A stretch of 64,000 nt of DNA from Eledone cirrhosa. Lineage: Eukaryota. The DNA is taken from NCBI GenBank assembly GCA_964016885.1, contig OZ024765.1, positions 9,238,001 to 9,302,000 of the forward strand. The letters run 5' to 3'. Made by a program: the position numbers and the translations under genes. Below the pieces are notes generated by a model. It did no database searches and was not told the origin of the DNA. It saw only the letters and a program-made list of their open reading frames with translations. Positions 1 through 11,025 of the stretch are shown here, in pieces (position 1 is the first letter of the stretch; every line of letters starts with the position of its first letter).

Positions 1-129
1 TTTTATAAAAAAAATAAATTTTAATTAAAATATGTTGATTATAATATGGGACATTACTACAACGTACAGTATTATTAGTTCAAATCTTACTTAATAAAAG
101 CAACAAATACGCAGTTATTAGTATAAAAC

Positions 130-197
130 ATAACGGAAATCGAACCCTAAATCAGGATCTCCACCGTCTCTATCGCTTACCATTAGGCCACAGGGAC
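130..197 (-). ncRNA. tRNA-like (Pol III A/B-box) unit A; second copy ~4629-4696
   Basis: Minus strand reads GTCCCTGTGGCCTAATGGTAAG...AGGGTTCGATTTCC. A box and B box are present but the cloverleaf is not intact. Confidence 0.55.
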
Positions 198-238
198 GGT
201 TACAAAAATTTTTTGAAAATTAATATTTACTTACCTAT

Positions 239-411
239 ACTAGAAAAAACCGGAAGTGGAGAAAATTGAAAAACTTCTTCTTTTTCTTCCTCTGATTTTT
301 GCCACGAACGATAACTCGTCTCTGACTTAAATCCAAATTTTGGATAAAAAAAAATCAGAGGAAGAAAAAGAAGATGTTTTTCAATTTTCTCCACTTCCGG
401 TTTTTTCTAGT
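239..411. repeat. ~173-bp hairpin with ~60-bp arms; second copy 4738-4910
   Basis: ACTAGAAAAAACCGGAAGTGGAGAAAATTGAAAAAC...TCTGATTTTT pairs with AAAAATCAGA...GTTTTTCAATTTTCTCCACTTCCGGTTTTTTCTAGT. Confidence 0.95.
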
Positions 412-461
412 AATGAAAAAGTAGGTTTATAAATATTAATTTTCAGTAAGTTTCTGTAACC

Positions 462-532
462 GTCCCTTTAGCTTAGTGGTAAGTATAAGAGCCGGTGGAG
501 GTCCAGGTCCGGGGTTCAATCACTGGCAGTGT
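462..532 (+). ncRNA. tRNA-like unit B; second copy ~4961-5031
   Basis: GTCCCTTTAGCTTAGTGGTAAG...GGGGTTCAATC contains A and B boxes. Confidence 0.55.
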
Positions 533-627
533 GTCGTATTATATTTTTTATAGTATAAAACAAAAGTATAAAACAAAAATAAAAAAGTAACTTTATAAAT
601 ATTAATTTTCACACTGTTTTTATATCT

Positions 628-697
628 GTCTCCGTGGCCTAATGGTAGGTATTAGAGACGGTGGAGAACCTTCTCTGAGTTTCGATCTCAGTCAAAG
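628..697 (+). ncRNA. tRNA-like unit C; second copy ~5114-5183
   Basis: GTCTCCGTGGCCTAATGGTAGG...GAGTTTCGATCTC; homologous to unit A. Confidence 0.5.
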
Positions 698-767
698 TCT
701 ATAGGTAATAATTTCATTTTTTACTTTGCTAGAGAAAAATTTAAATTTTAAAATATATAGTACAGAT

Positions 768-836
768 TCGGACTGAGATTGAACACCACATCAGTGTCTA
801 CATAGTCTCTAACACCTACCATTAGGCCAACGAAAC
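768..836 (-). ncRNA. tRNA-like unit D; second copy ~5254-5311 has an internal deletion
   Basis: Minus strand reads GTTTCGTTGGCCTAATGGTAGG...GGTGTTCAATCTCAGTC; homologous to unit C. Confidence 0.5.
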
Positions 837-1383
837 AGATACAAGAACATAAGAAAAAATTTATATTTATAAACCTACTTTCAATTTCCAAGCAAAATAG
901 ATGTGATGGCGTTCATGGCTTTCTCATTCTTATTTCTACTATAATCGAGTCAATGTTTACATTTATTCTTCTGGGGCTTTCATGAAATATATTTTCACTT
1001 TCATTCGGGTTCATTAGATCCTACAACCAGATGATCTACAGGGACCTTCTTCATGGTCATAGCTGATTATTAAATATATACGGGAGAGTGTGTGTATCTA
1101 TTAGATTAGATCTTGCCGTGATGTACTCAGCAATAATTGTTTTCAATTCCGTCGTCCCTCCATCCTTGGTGTGTATATAAATATATTTGCGATTTTAACG
1201 TACAACGGCGACAATATATAAATCTGTTTTGTTTGATAATAATTAGATAAAAATTATTGCTAGAGATTGATCCCTAATATTTTATCTCACTCCTTAACCA
1301 GGGAGGAAAGGCCCTCAGACTCGGACAATGTTGATAAGGAGAGCAGAGTGTATCCTTATTTGTCACGTCTTTCCAGTTGTCAC

Positions 1384-1400
1384 GGTATATAAAAGGCAGT
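1384..1400 (+). promoter_or_regulatory. TATA-box-like motif conserved in both duplicate copies (second at ~5927)
   Basis: GGTATATAAAAGGCAGTA is identical in both copies within otherwise diverged sequence. Confidence 0.35.
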
Positions 1401-1799
1401 AGTACTAGTCACTCCTGCGAAAGACGTTGTCAGTTAGCCTTCTGTAACGAGAGAAGAAGGTCGTGGCTTTTTTTTCCCTCCCTATCACATAATTTATACA
1501 TTTGTCATCCTTTAGATATCAATATACAAGAGAAAGAAGAAAATTGAGAACTTCGGTCTTTTAAAAGTAACATTTATTACATTAGAGTAAAATCTTGCAT
1601 TAACAATATTTTGTGAGACTAAACATGGAATGGACAAAGAGGTTATTAGAAGAAGGGCAATTGTCTCTATCTTAAACGTCAATACATTCTCCAGAAAATC
1701 GAAATGAGAATAATTACAGAGATACTTTACAAAATGTTTCGCGATATGGTTCAAGTTATTTTGTAGTAATATGCAGCTATATTTATACATGTCTCTTAT

Positions 1800-2180
1800 A
1801 CCCCTCCACGAGGAATTGTGAATATGTATGAATATGATTTTAAAGATGGCTAAACATGAAGAAAAAAAAGGAATTCAGATGATAGGAATAATAAAATATT
1901 CCTTTGCCAAGCTAAATGTCGAGAAGTCTAAAACACTAGTTGAATGATATGTGTGATACGACCTAGAATATTGTTTTGGGGCATGGTCAGACGACTTCAG
2001 AAAATACGGAGAAGCTATTGAAGGAATCCAGAAAAGAACAAAACAGAAAACACCAGAATTATTAAGAAATCTGTCTTCTGTAGAAAGATGTTAAACTTTA
2101 GGGATTGCAAATTTAGAGGAGATAAATCTAAGAGGGTAGGGGGGGGGGGGGGGGACATGATAGAAATATATATTTAAAGG
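1800..2180 (+). mobile_element. Decayed CR1/L2-type LINE ORF2 C-terminal fragment
   Basis: Manual translation with stops and shifts gives KKGIQMIGIIKYSF...IRP...W...IEGIQKR...PELLRNLSSVERC.TLG..NLRG..DMIEIY, matching the CR1-clade RT tail pattern. Confidence 0.65.
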
Positions 2181-3469
2181 ACTAATATTTAAATAGTAGT
2201 ACACTATTCCAATGTAAAGCTCTGAATAACTATATCTTTCGGGGAGATATATCAAACGAGTGACATGATAGAAATATTTAAAATAATGAAAAGACTACAA
2301 TATACAGTATTGCAGAAGTAAATGAAAATATAAGAAGACATCACCATTGAACTGCAGATGAAAGTCAGTACTCTTTACGTTTATCCCAGGTATATAGAAA
2401 GCTATCCTGATGTCCACTGATTGAAATATAAAACAATAAAGAAACACCACAATCCAGTAAACCTTAGTAATAATCCAATTAAGCCGCCATTTACAGTAGA
2501 AAATAGTAAGAAAACCAAAGTCACACTCAGAAGTTAATGCAGTGAAAACAATAAAAATATTATTAATAAATAATAATAATTTCATTTCATATTATCATTA
2601 AATTGTTTGTCTATTTTTATTGTAAACATAAAATATACTAATATATATATATACATCGATACATTCTGTGAGTATGTCTTACTTAGGCAAAAGTCAAGTA
2701 ATTTGCGGGGAGGAACCAATCCGTTAAATTGATCCCAGTACATGACTGGTACTATAAGTTATATGCTCCCAAATCATAAAAATTATGGGTTAATCTAAAC
2801 ACTGAGAACACAAAGGTGGAGTAAAATTATTTAAAAATTGAGGTTTTAACATTTTATCTTTTATTTACAAATTATATGTCTTGGTGTCATATTTAAGGAT
2901 ATAATGTAGTTATTGGTGGAAATAATATAATATGTGATGAAGAGGTGTATATAACTGTGGATATAGAATTGTTTTAATCATTATTTTTAACGGACGAAAA
3001 AACTACATAATGACTTCTAGTCGGAGTTACGGGAAATTACGGCAAAGACCCTCCATGAAGGTTCAAATATTACACATTATCTATATATAGGAATCAGGCT
3101 AAACATTTTACGGGCACGTCGCTCTAAGTTGGAATATTTTTCACACACACAGACACGGGAGTTAGGTATGGCATATTTCAAATAAGAGAACATTATTACA
3201 GACGGAGTCATTGTAGGTTCAAATCATTGTTAGACCGATCAGAAAGAAAATGGATATTTAATTCATGAAAAAACCTGAAGTGTGAAAGACAGAGTCGACC
3301 CTTTCTAGTAACAACACTAAGAAACCCATGAACGCCACCACGTCCTAAATCTAACTCTGCGATCGTCATATCAAATCGAAATACTTCACCAACTGTGGAA
3401 GATGAAGGATTGAAGAACTATGATATATAGCGAAGAGGCTTGTCTCCAGAACATTTAGTAAGGTGTAAG

Positions 3470-3783
3470 CCAAGGGTTGCCAAATATTTTGGCGTCATTT
3501 CCCACATTCACATGAAAAAATGTTCCACCAGCCACCTGTATAGTAAATATTCCAAAGTATACCAAATATGTTTATGTTTGTTCCTGGTTTAATTTTCCCA
3601 ATTAGCTTCCTGATTTTTATTCAGGTTCTTTGCATATATTCCTTGAATAGGTTTTCGGGTAGCATACCTTCTTAAATCTCAAAATTCTATATCGGCCACC
3701 AAAGTTTCCAATGGCCCTCAATTTTCTGTTCAGCTGCTCATCGCCCACCCAACAGTTGAAACCGCCCAGTTGAGGAACCCCTG
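3470..3783. mobile_element. Possible hAT-type MITE remnant
   Basis: Ends are CCAAGGGTTGCCAAA and GTTGAGGAACCCCTG. Flanks GGTGTAAG and TGGGTAAG could be a degenerate 8-bp TSD. Confidence 0.35.
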
Positions 3784-6700
3784 TGGGTAAGCTACATATT
3801 AATCGAGAGGAGGAGGTGACTATTATAATTTTTATAAGTAATAATCTTTTAAAGACAAGAGGAAATTTCATCATTAAAATCATAAATATATGTCTACAGA
3901 ATACAATACAGATTATCAAAATGAAATTAAAAGCAAGTAAATCAGGGGCCACTAAACTTTACATATTTAGTTTTATTTCTATCGTGAAAAATGTTGATCT
4001 TCAGATATTAGATTATGGCGGCTGTAATTGTCTTTGTGTTTACGTGTTTGTTTGAAATCCTATTTTAATGTTCGTCTCTCTTTAAACATCGTTTATAGTT
4101 TGTTAAAATTAATTATTTTAGATTATTCGTACCTCGTCTGTGTGGTTTATTTTGATGTAGCGTCCCTGTCTTGTTTATTTTTGGTTACATTTTAAATGTG
4201 AAATACAGGAACATCAGACATTAAAATGAAATGTTACGTAAAACACACACCTTGTGTTTATTCCAGGTATTTAGATAGATGTCCAGATGTCCACTGACAA
4301 CAAAATAATACAATCATCCAGTGAAACTTGGTAATAATCCAGGTTCGTTGCAGTCACCATTCACAGTAAACAATGGTTAGAAAGAATCAAAAACAAAAAC
4401 AAAAGACGTATTCAGCAGTTAATGAAGTGAAAACAAAATAAAAACAACTTTACTGAATAAAATTCATTTCTTAATTTCAATAAGGTTTTTTGTTCTTTCT
4501 TTTATAAAAAAAATAAATTTTAATTAAAATATGTTGATTATAATATGGGACATTACTACAACGTACAGTATTATTAGTTCAAATCTTACTTAATAAAAGC
4601 AACAAATACGCAGTTATTAGTATAAAACATAACGGAAATCGAACCCTAAATCAGGATCTCCACCGTCTCTATCGCTTACCATTAGGCCACAGGGACGGTT
4701 ACAAAAATTTTTTGAAAATTAATATTTACTTACCTATACTAGAAAAAACCGGAAGTGGAGAAAATTGAAAAACTTCTTCTTTTTCTTCCTCTGATTTTTG
4801 CCACGAACGATAACTCGTCTCTGACTTAAATCCAAATTTTGGTTAAAAAAAAATCAGAGGAAGAAAAAGAAGATGTTTTTCAATTTTCTCCACTTCCGGT
4901 TTTTTCTAGTAATGAAAAAGTAGGTTTATAAATATCAATTTTCAGTAAGTTTCTGTAACCGTCCCTTTAGCCTAGTGGTAAGTATACGAGCCGGTGGAGG
5001 TCCAGGTGCGGGGTTCAATCACTGGCAGTGTGTCGTATTAGTTTTTTTATAGTATAAAACAAAATTAAAAAAGTAACTTTATAAATATTAATTTTCGCAC
5101 TGTTTTTATATCTGTCTCCGTGGCCTAATGGTAGGTATTAGAGACGGTGGAGAACCTGCTCTGGGTTTCGATCTCAGTCAAAGTCTATAGGTAATAATTT
5201 CATTTTTTACTTTGCTAGAGAAAAATTTAAATTTAAAAATATATAGTACAGATTCGGACTGAGATTGAACACCACATCAGTCTCTAACACCTACCATTAG
5301 GCCAACGAAACAGATACAAGAACATAAGAAAAAATTAGTATTTATAAACCTACTTTCAATTTCCAAGCAAAATAGATGTGCTGGCGTTCATGGCTTTCTC
5401 ATTGTTATTTCTACTATAATCGAGTCAATGTTTACATTTATTCTTCTGGGGCTTTCATAAAATATATTTTCACTTTCTTTCGGGTTCATTAGATCCTACA
5501 ACCAGATGATCTACAGGGACCTTCTTCATGGTCATAGCTGATTATTAAATATATACGGGAGAGTGTGTGTGTGTATTAGATTAGATCTTGCCGTGATGTA
5601 CTCAGCAATAATCGTTTTCAATTCCGTTGTCCCTCCATCCTTGGTGTGTATATAAATATATATGCGATTTTAACGTACAACGGCGACAATATATAAATCT
5701 GTTTTGTTTCATAATAATTAGATAAAGCTAATTCTACAACCCCTGTTAAACATTGAAACCACGTCATAACAGTCTCTGGTTAAATATGATTTAATGAAAT
5801 TATTAGTAGAGATTGATCCCTAATATTTTATCTCACTCCTTAACCAGGAAGAAAATGTCCTCGGACTCGGGCAATATTGATAAGGAGAGAGTGTATCCAT
5901 ACTTGGCAAGTCTTTCCAGTTAACATGGTATATAAAAGGCAGTAAGAGGTGACCATCACTAAATATGTGATGCTCACTGTTGCCGAGTACTTGTCATTCC
6001 TACGAACGACATTGTCAGTTAGCCTTCTATAGTGATGGAAGAAGGCCGTCGTGTTTTTCTCCTATCACACACAGTTGCCATTCTTTAGATATCAATATAC
6101 AAGAAAAAGAAAAAATTGAGAGCTTCAGTCTTTTAAAAGTAACATTTATTACATTAGAGCCAAATCTTGAATTAACGATAGTTTGTGACACTAAACATGG
6201 AAACAATACGAACAATTTTGAAACAAACTAATTACTATGAGAAGAACAAATATATGTATTTTCAACGCCAAGACATTTCTAAAGAAACCTGAAATGAGAA
6301 ATTGACTGAAATGGAATAATTATTGAAACACCTTATAATATTTTTCGAGATGTCTTACCTTATTTTGAAGAAATAAATGTTTCGGGAAAGAGTTAATAAG
6401 CAGCTATATATATATGTATATACATGGCTTGTATTATATATTCGTAATTATTATATTCGTACAACGACGTTATAAAAAGGAAGCATATTTTGGTATCGAA
6501 TGTTGAGCAAAAAACGAGCTTCTTATATGATAATCATAATGTGTGTGCAAAACATATACACACACATTATGATCTCCATATCTTTCACGTTAACACACAA
6601 CGAAGCATTTCTAGCTTCATTTCTCTCCTACCATCGGACACAGGCGTCGTTTTGTACGTAAAGACACCCATTCTTGTCAACAGTGGGTGTAGCTCTCGAC

Positions 6701-7669
6701 CACTTTTATTATCCTTGTGCAAACAGTCTTTCCATTACATCGTCTACAGTTTAAGCCTCCTCTTTTACATCTTAAGCAGGGTCCTATCCATCCTAGCTCT
6801 GAGCCCCTTTTGTTTCTGTAGTCGGAAGTTATATTATGCAGCCACATGTACCAAACTCTTCTAAGAAACCAAACTAAATATTCTCTATATGTTCATATTT
6901 ACCTCTCCTAACAAACTAATATATATATACAGTTTTAATTAAATATAACCCAACCGTCTTTCAATACACACACACATTTTATTATCTCCTCTATAACTTT
7001 ATTCTCTAGATACTGTATCATCTTTCTTATGAAAGTTGCTTCCTGGCATTTCTTCACCGATATTTCTGTACCAACTCAGTCTTTTCTCTTGCACATTTCA
7101 GATCCTTTGTTTGCCATACGTCGCATTTTAGGAATGAAAATTTACACGCGCCTCACCAAATTTTTATGTGATAAAAATACATAAATTTAATGAAAGGTAC
7201 GATTTTGTTTTTGACGAGTAATCTCCTCCATATTACTTGGGCCAATTTGAGATAAACAAACCATCAACACAAAGAAACATTTTCCTCTTTCTGAATCCTT
7301 GATTGTCCTTCAATCATTCCACCTCACTGTTTTGGAACCACTGGCCTAAGCTATTCTAGAGCATTCGTACTGCTATGTCAGCCATATACTATCTAGAGAT
7401 ACACACACACACACAAATCAACTTCATTAGATACTATATACATTATTCAAATAAATGAAAGTAAATCGTCTTAGATCGTTTCAGCTCAGAGGAGAGATGA
7501 TGTGCTGAAGAGGACCTGTCCCACCCTTGTAAGCAGACGTAAAATGATGACAGCTACATCTTCTCCACACAGGAGATTACTACTTCCATCTTTGAAGCAG
7601 GTAAACGAATTGTGAAGTAAAAAAGAATAAACCAAACGTTTTCCTTGTTGCTTCATTATTTCTTTTGCT

Positions 7670-7840
7670 CGGTAGAGGGTCGGACGCCATGCTTTGATGC
7701 ATAGAGTTACGGCCCTTGCCATTCTGAGTTCAAATCCCGCCGAGGTTAACTTTGCCTTTCATCCTTACGGGGTCGATAAAATAAAGTACCAGTAATGCAC
7801 TGAGTAATTGCTGGCCTTGTACCAAAAAGTAGAAACAATT
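7670..7840 (+). mobile_element. Octopod-type tRNA-derived SINE
   Basis: B box GAGTTCAAATCCCGCCGAGG followed by CTTTGCCTTTCATCCTTACGGGGTCGATAAAATAAAGTACCAG. The same family recurs many times in the window. Confidence 0.85.
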
Positions 7841-8918
7841 ATTTCTTTTGCATATAGAAATATATATACATAGAATGTAGACATATATACAGCTACATTT
7901 ATATATACAATATGTTCTTCACTAAACACAGACATGTAATTATATACATCTTCTTTCTCTATAACAGTAAGGAAACTTTATCTATATATAGCTACATTCT
8001 TCTTTGCTCTATAGACGAGGTACATTTAAATGTAGCTGTTCATACATATACACCTGATGTAACAAACTACCTTCTGTGTATATATACTCCTATATAGTAA
8101 GAAACTTTTCCCTTATATAAACCCGTTTTCTAGATACTCTCTCTATATATATAACTTTACATACATATATCTTGTGTATAAATACATATATCTTCTTTTA
8201 TTATATACGAGCAGTGTATCCCGGCGTTGCACGAGTAAGAAGAACATTGGTAACAGCACCTCCAATGAGAAACGTTTATTTGTGAGTGCCTGTTAAAAAC
8301 TCAGGTAAATATACCGACAGGAAACTTGTACGTCTTTTGGAGGAAGGAGTGACCAGCAGTACGTTGTTCGGTATTACGAAAAGGTGTAGCAGAGAATCCC
8401 GCGTGAACTAACAGCTTACCTCGAAGATTCATTTGCCAATGCTCCGTTTAGTTGGTATTTGTTGCGTGTGTATGTATATAATATATATATATGTGGGTCT
8501 CAATATGTAAACTAAACGACTAACACTGATTTCAGAAAAATCAACTTCTGCGACCCTTTCTACTTTTGACCTTAAAGTATCCCTACAAAATCTCAATTAG
8601 TAATCTGAATAATTGTGAAAGTTATCAAGAAAGCAACTTAGTAAAGTGAAAGGTAAGATTTTACAAAATAGTAAGTTGAATGAGTTGTTTCCCTTAAATG
8701 AAAGACAGTAAAACGAAGAGTCTACTGAATGCTAGAAATGGCAGCCACTGAAATATTATTAATAATGATAGTTTTAGTGGTCAAATAACCCTCAAATATG
8801 GCCATATTCAACAGTTTAACCTAGAATATCTCACTAAACTAATTAAAACCCTCTTCAGCGGTTAAAAATACTAGAAATGGCGACTAAATATCTCTAAATT
8901 CAATGATATATATATAAT

Positions 8919-9050
8919 ATACGAGGGTAGACTGACCAAGATGCTCTCATGGAATGACCAAATGAGGTTTATTTTTCAACATGCAAGATTTCACAGCCCT
9001 AACATCACTCCTTCATAGCGAGCCTATGAACTTTTAAGCCTACCTTCGTA
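8919..9050. mobile_element. Mariner-type MITE (~130 bp)
   Basis: TA-flanked TIRs TACGAGGGTAGACTGA ... AAGCCTACCTTCGTA. An inverted copy starts at 9703, and related fragments lie at ~11393 and ~15605. Confidence 0.7.
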
Positions 9051-9824
9051 TATGTAAACAATGTATTTATTTAATATACAAATAATTACTATTGTTACAG
9101 TTAAAAAATACTTTAAATTCAGTTTTTAATTCATGCAACAATAGTGTAAATAACTGTTAAAGAAATTCGAAATAATTTTTTAACCCATTTTTGCGATTAA
9201 GTAAAGACGGAGTTATCGTTCTTGAGATTTCGGCTCGGAGAAATTTGAGGAACTGATGTCGCTAAATCGCCAAATCAATTACCTGCACCGTTGCACCATG
9301 GGAGGGTAATGGCTGCCTTTTTTTCTTTTCATACCACGGAAAACTTTTTAGTTTCTTTCTTGACAAAATGTTTTAATTATTTACTTATATGAAACAAGGA
9401 AGATGCTGCGAAAGAAACTAAAGAATCTGCCATCGTTTAAAAAATAAAAGGCAGCCATTACCCTCCCATGGTGCAACGGGGCAGGTAAATGATTTGGCGA
9501 TTTAGCGACATCAGTTCCTCGAATTTCTCTGAGCCGAAATCTCAAGAACGATAACTCCGTCTTTACTTAATCGCGAAAATGGGTTCAAATTTCTTTCAGT
9601 TCATTTACACAATTGTTGCATGAATTTAAAGTATTTTTTGTACATTTTTTTAACTGTAACAATAGTAATTATTTGTATATTAAATAAATACATTGTTTAC
9701 ATATACGAAGGTAGGCTTAAAAGTTCATAGGCTCGCTATGAAGGAGTGATGCTAGGGCTGTGAAATCTTGCATGTTGAAAAATAAACCTCATTTGGTCAT
9801 TCCATGAGAGTATCTTGGGCAGCC
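8930..9824. repeat. Inverted repeat with ~400-bp arms and ~120-bp spacer inside the Helitron
   Basis: 8930-9325 is the near-exact reverse complement of 9445-9824. Confidence 0.95.
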
Positions 9825-11025
9825 TATGAAGGAGTGATGCTAGGGCTGTGAAATCTTGCATGTTGAAAAATAAACCTCATTTGGTCATTCCATGAGAGTA
9901 TCTTGGTCAGCCTATGAAGGAGTGATGCTAGTGCTGTGAAATCTTGCATGTTGAAAAATAAACCTCATTTGGTCATTCCATGAGAGTATCTTGGTCAGCC
10001 TATGAAGGAGTGATGCTAGAGCTGTGAAATCTTGCATGTTGAAAAATAAACCTCATTTGGTCATTCCATGAGAGTATCTTGGTCAGCCTATGAAGGAGTG
10101 ATGCTAGGGCTGTGAAATCTTGCATGTTGAAAAATAAACCTCATTTGGTCATTCCATGAGAGTATCTTGGGCAGCCTATGAAGGAGTGATGCTAGTGCTG
10201 TGAAATCTTGCATGTTGAAAAATAAACCTCATTTGGTCATTCCATGAGAGTATCTTGATCAGCCTATGAAGGAGTGATGCTAGAGCTGTGAAATCTTGCA
10301 TGTTGAAAAATAAACCTCATTTGGTCATTCCATGAGAGTATCTTGGTCAGCCTATGAAGGAGTGATGCTAGGACTGTGAAATCTTGCATGTTGAAAAATA
10401 AACCTCATTTGGTCATTCCATGAGAGTATCTTGGTCAGCCTATGAAGGAGTGATGCTAGAGCTGTGAAATCTTGCATGTTGAAAAATAAACCTCATTTGG
10501 TCATTCCATGAGAGTATTTTGGTCAGCCTATGAAGGAGTGATGCTAGAGCTGTGAAATCTTGCATGTTGAAAAATAAACCTCATTTGGTCATTCCATGAG
10601 AGTATCTTGATCAGCCTATGAAGGAGTGATGCTAGAGCTGTGAAATCTTGCATGTTGAAAAATAAACCTCATTTGGTCATTCCATGAGAGTATCTTGGTC
10701 AGCCTATGAAGGAGTGATGCTAGAGCTGTGAAATCTTGCATGTTGAAAAATAAACCTCATTTGGTCATTCCATGAGTATCTTGATCAGCCTATGAAGGAG
10801 TGATGCTAGAGCTGTGAAATCTTGCATGTTGAAAGATAAACCTCATTTGGTCATTCCATGAGAGTATCTTGATCAGCCTATGAAGGAGTGATGCTATAGC
10901 TGTGAAATCTTGCATGTTGAAAATAAAACCTCATTTGGTCATTCCATGAGAGTATCTTGGTCAGCCTATGAAGGAGTGATGCTAGGGCTGTGAAATCTTG
11001 CATGTTGAAAAATAAACCTCATTTG
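9737..11025 (+). repeat. 88-bp tandem array, ~14.7 copies, derived from MITE interior
   Basis: Units start at 9737, 9825, 9913, 10001 ... 10968. The unit is the reverse complement of 8931-9015. Confidence 0.97.

Larger units (their letters stand above)
1..6420 (+). repeat. Tandem/segmental duplication, period ~4.5 kb (1-~1790 vs 4500-~6420)
   Basis: 1-1250 is near-identical to 4500-5727. Similarity continues, more diverged, between 1250-1790 and 5795-6420. Confidence 0.95.

Noticed and set aside
305-342. GATAA-N-CTTAAAT motif as a bacterial dif/Xer site
   Set aside because: The resemblance is only superficial, the spacing does not fit 11-6-11, and no tyrosine recombinase is visible.
130-836. 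Functional tRNA genes
   Set aside because: Acceptor and anticodon stems do not pair, so these are kept only as tRNA-like units.
2295-2585. 96-aa hydrophobic minus-strand ORF
   Set aside because: The homologous copy at 4255-4470 has stops in this frame, so it is probably an AT-rich artefact.
9737-11025. 88-bp array as a CRISPR array
   Set aside because: Units are identical end to end with no unique spacers, there are no cas genes, the context is eukaryotic, and the unit derives from a MITE.
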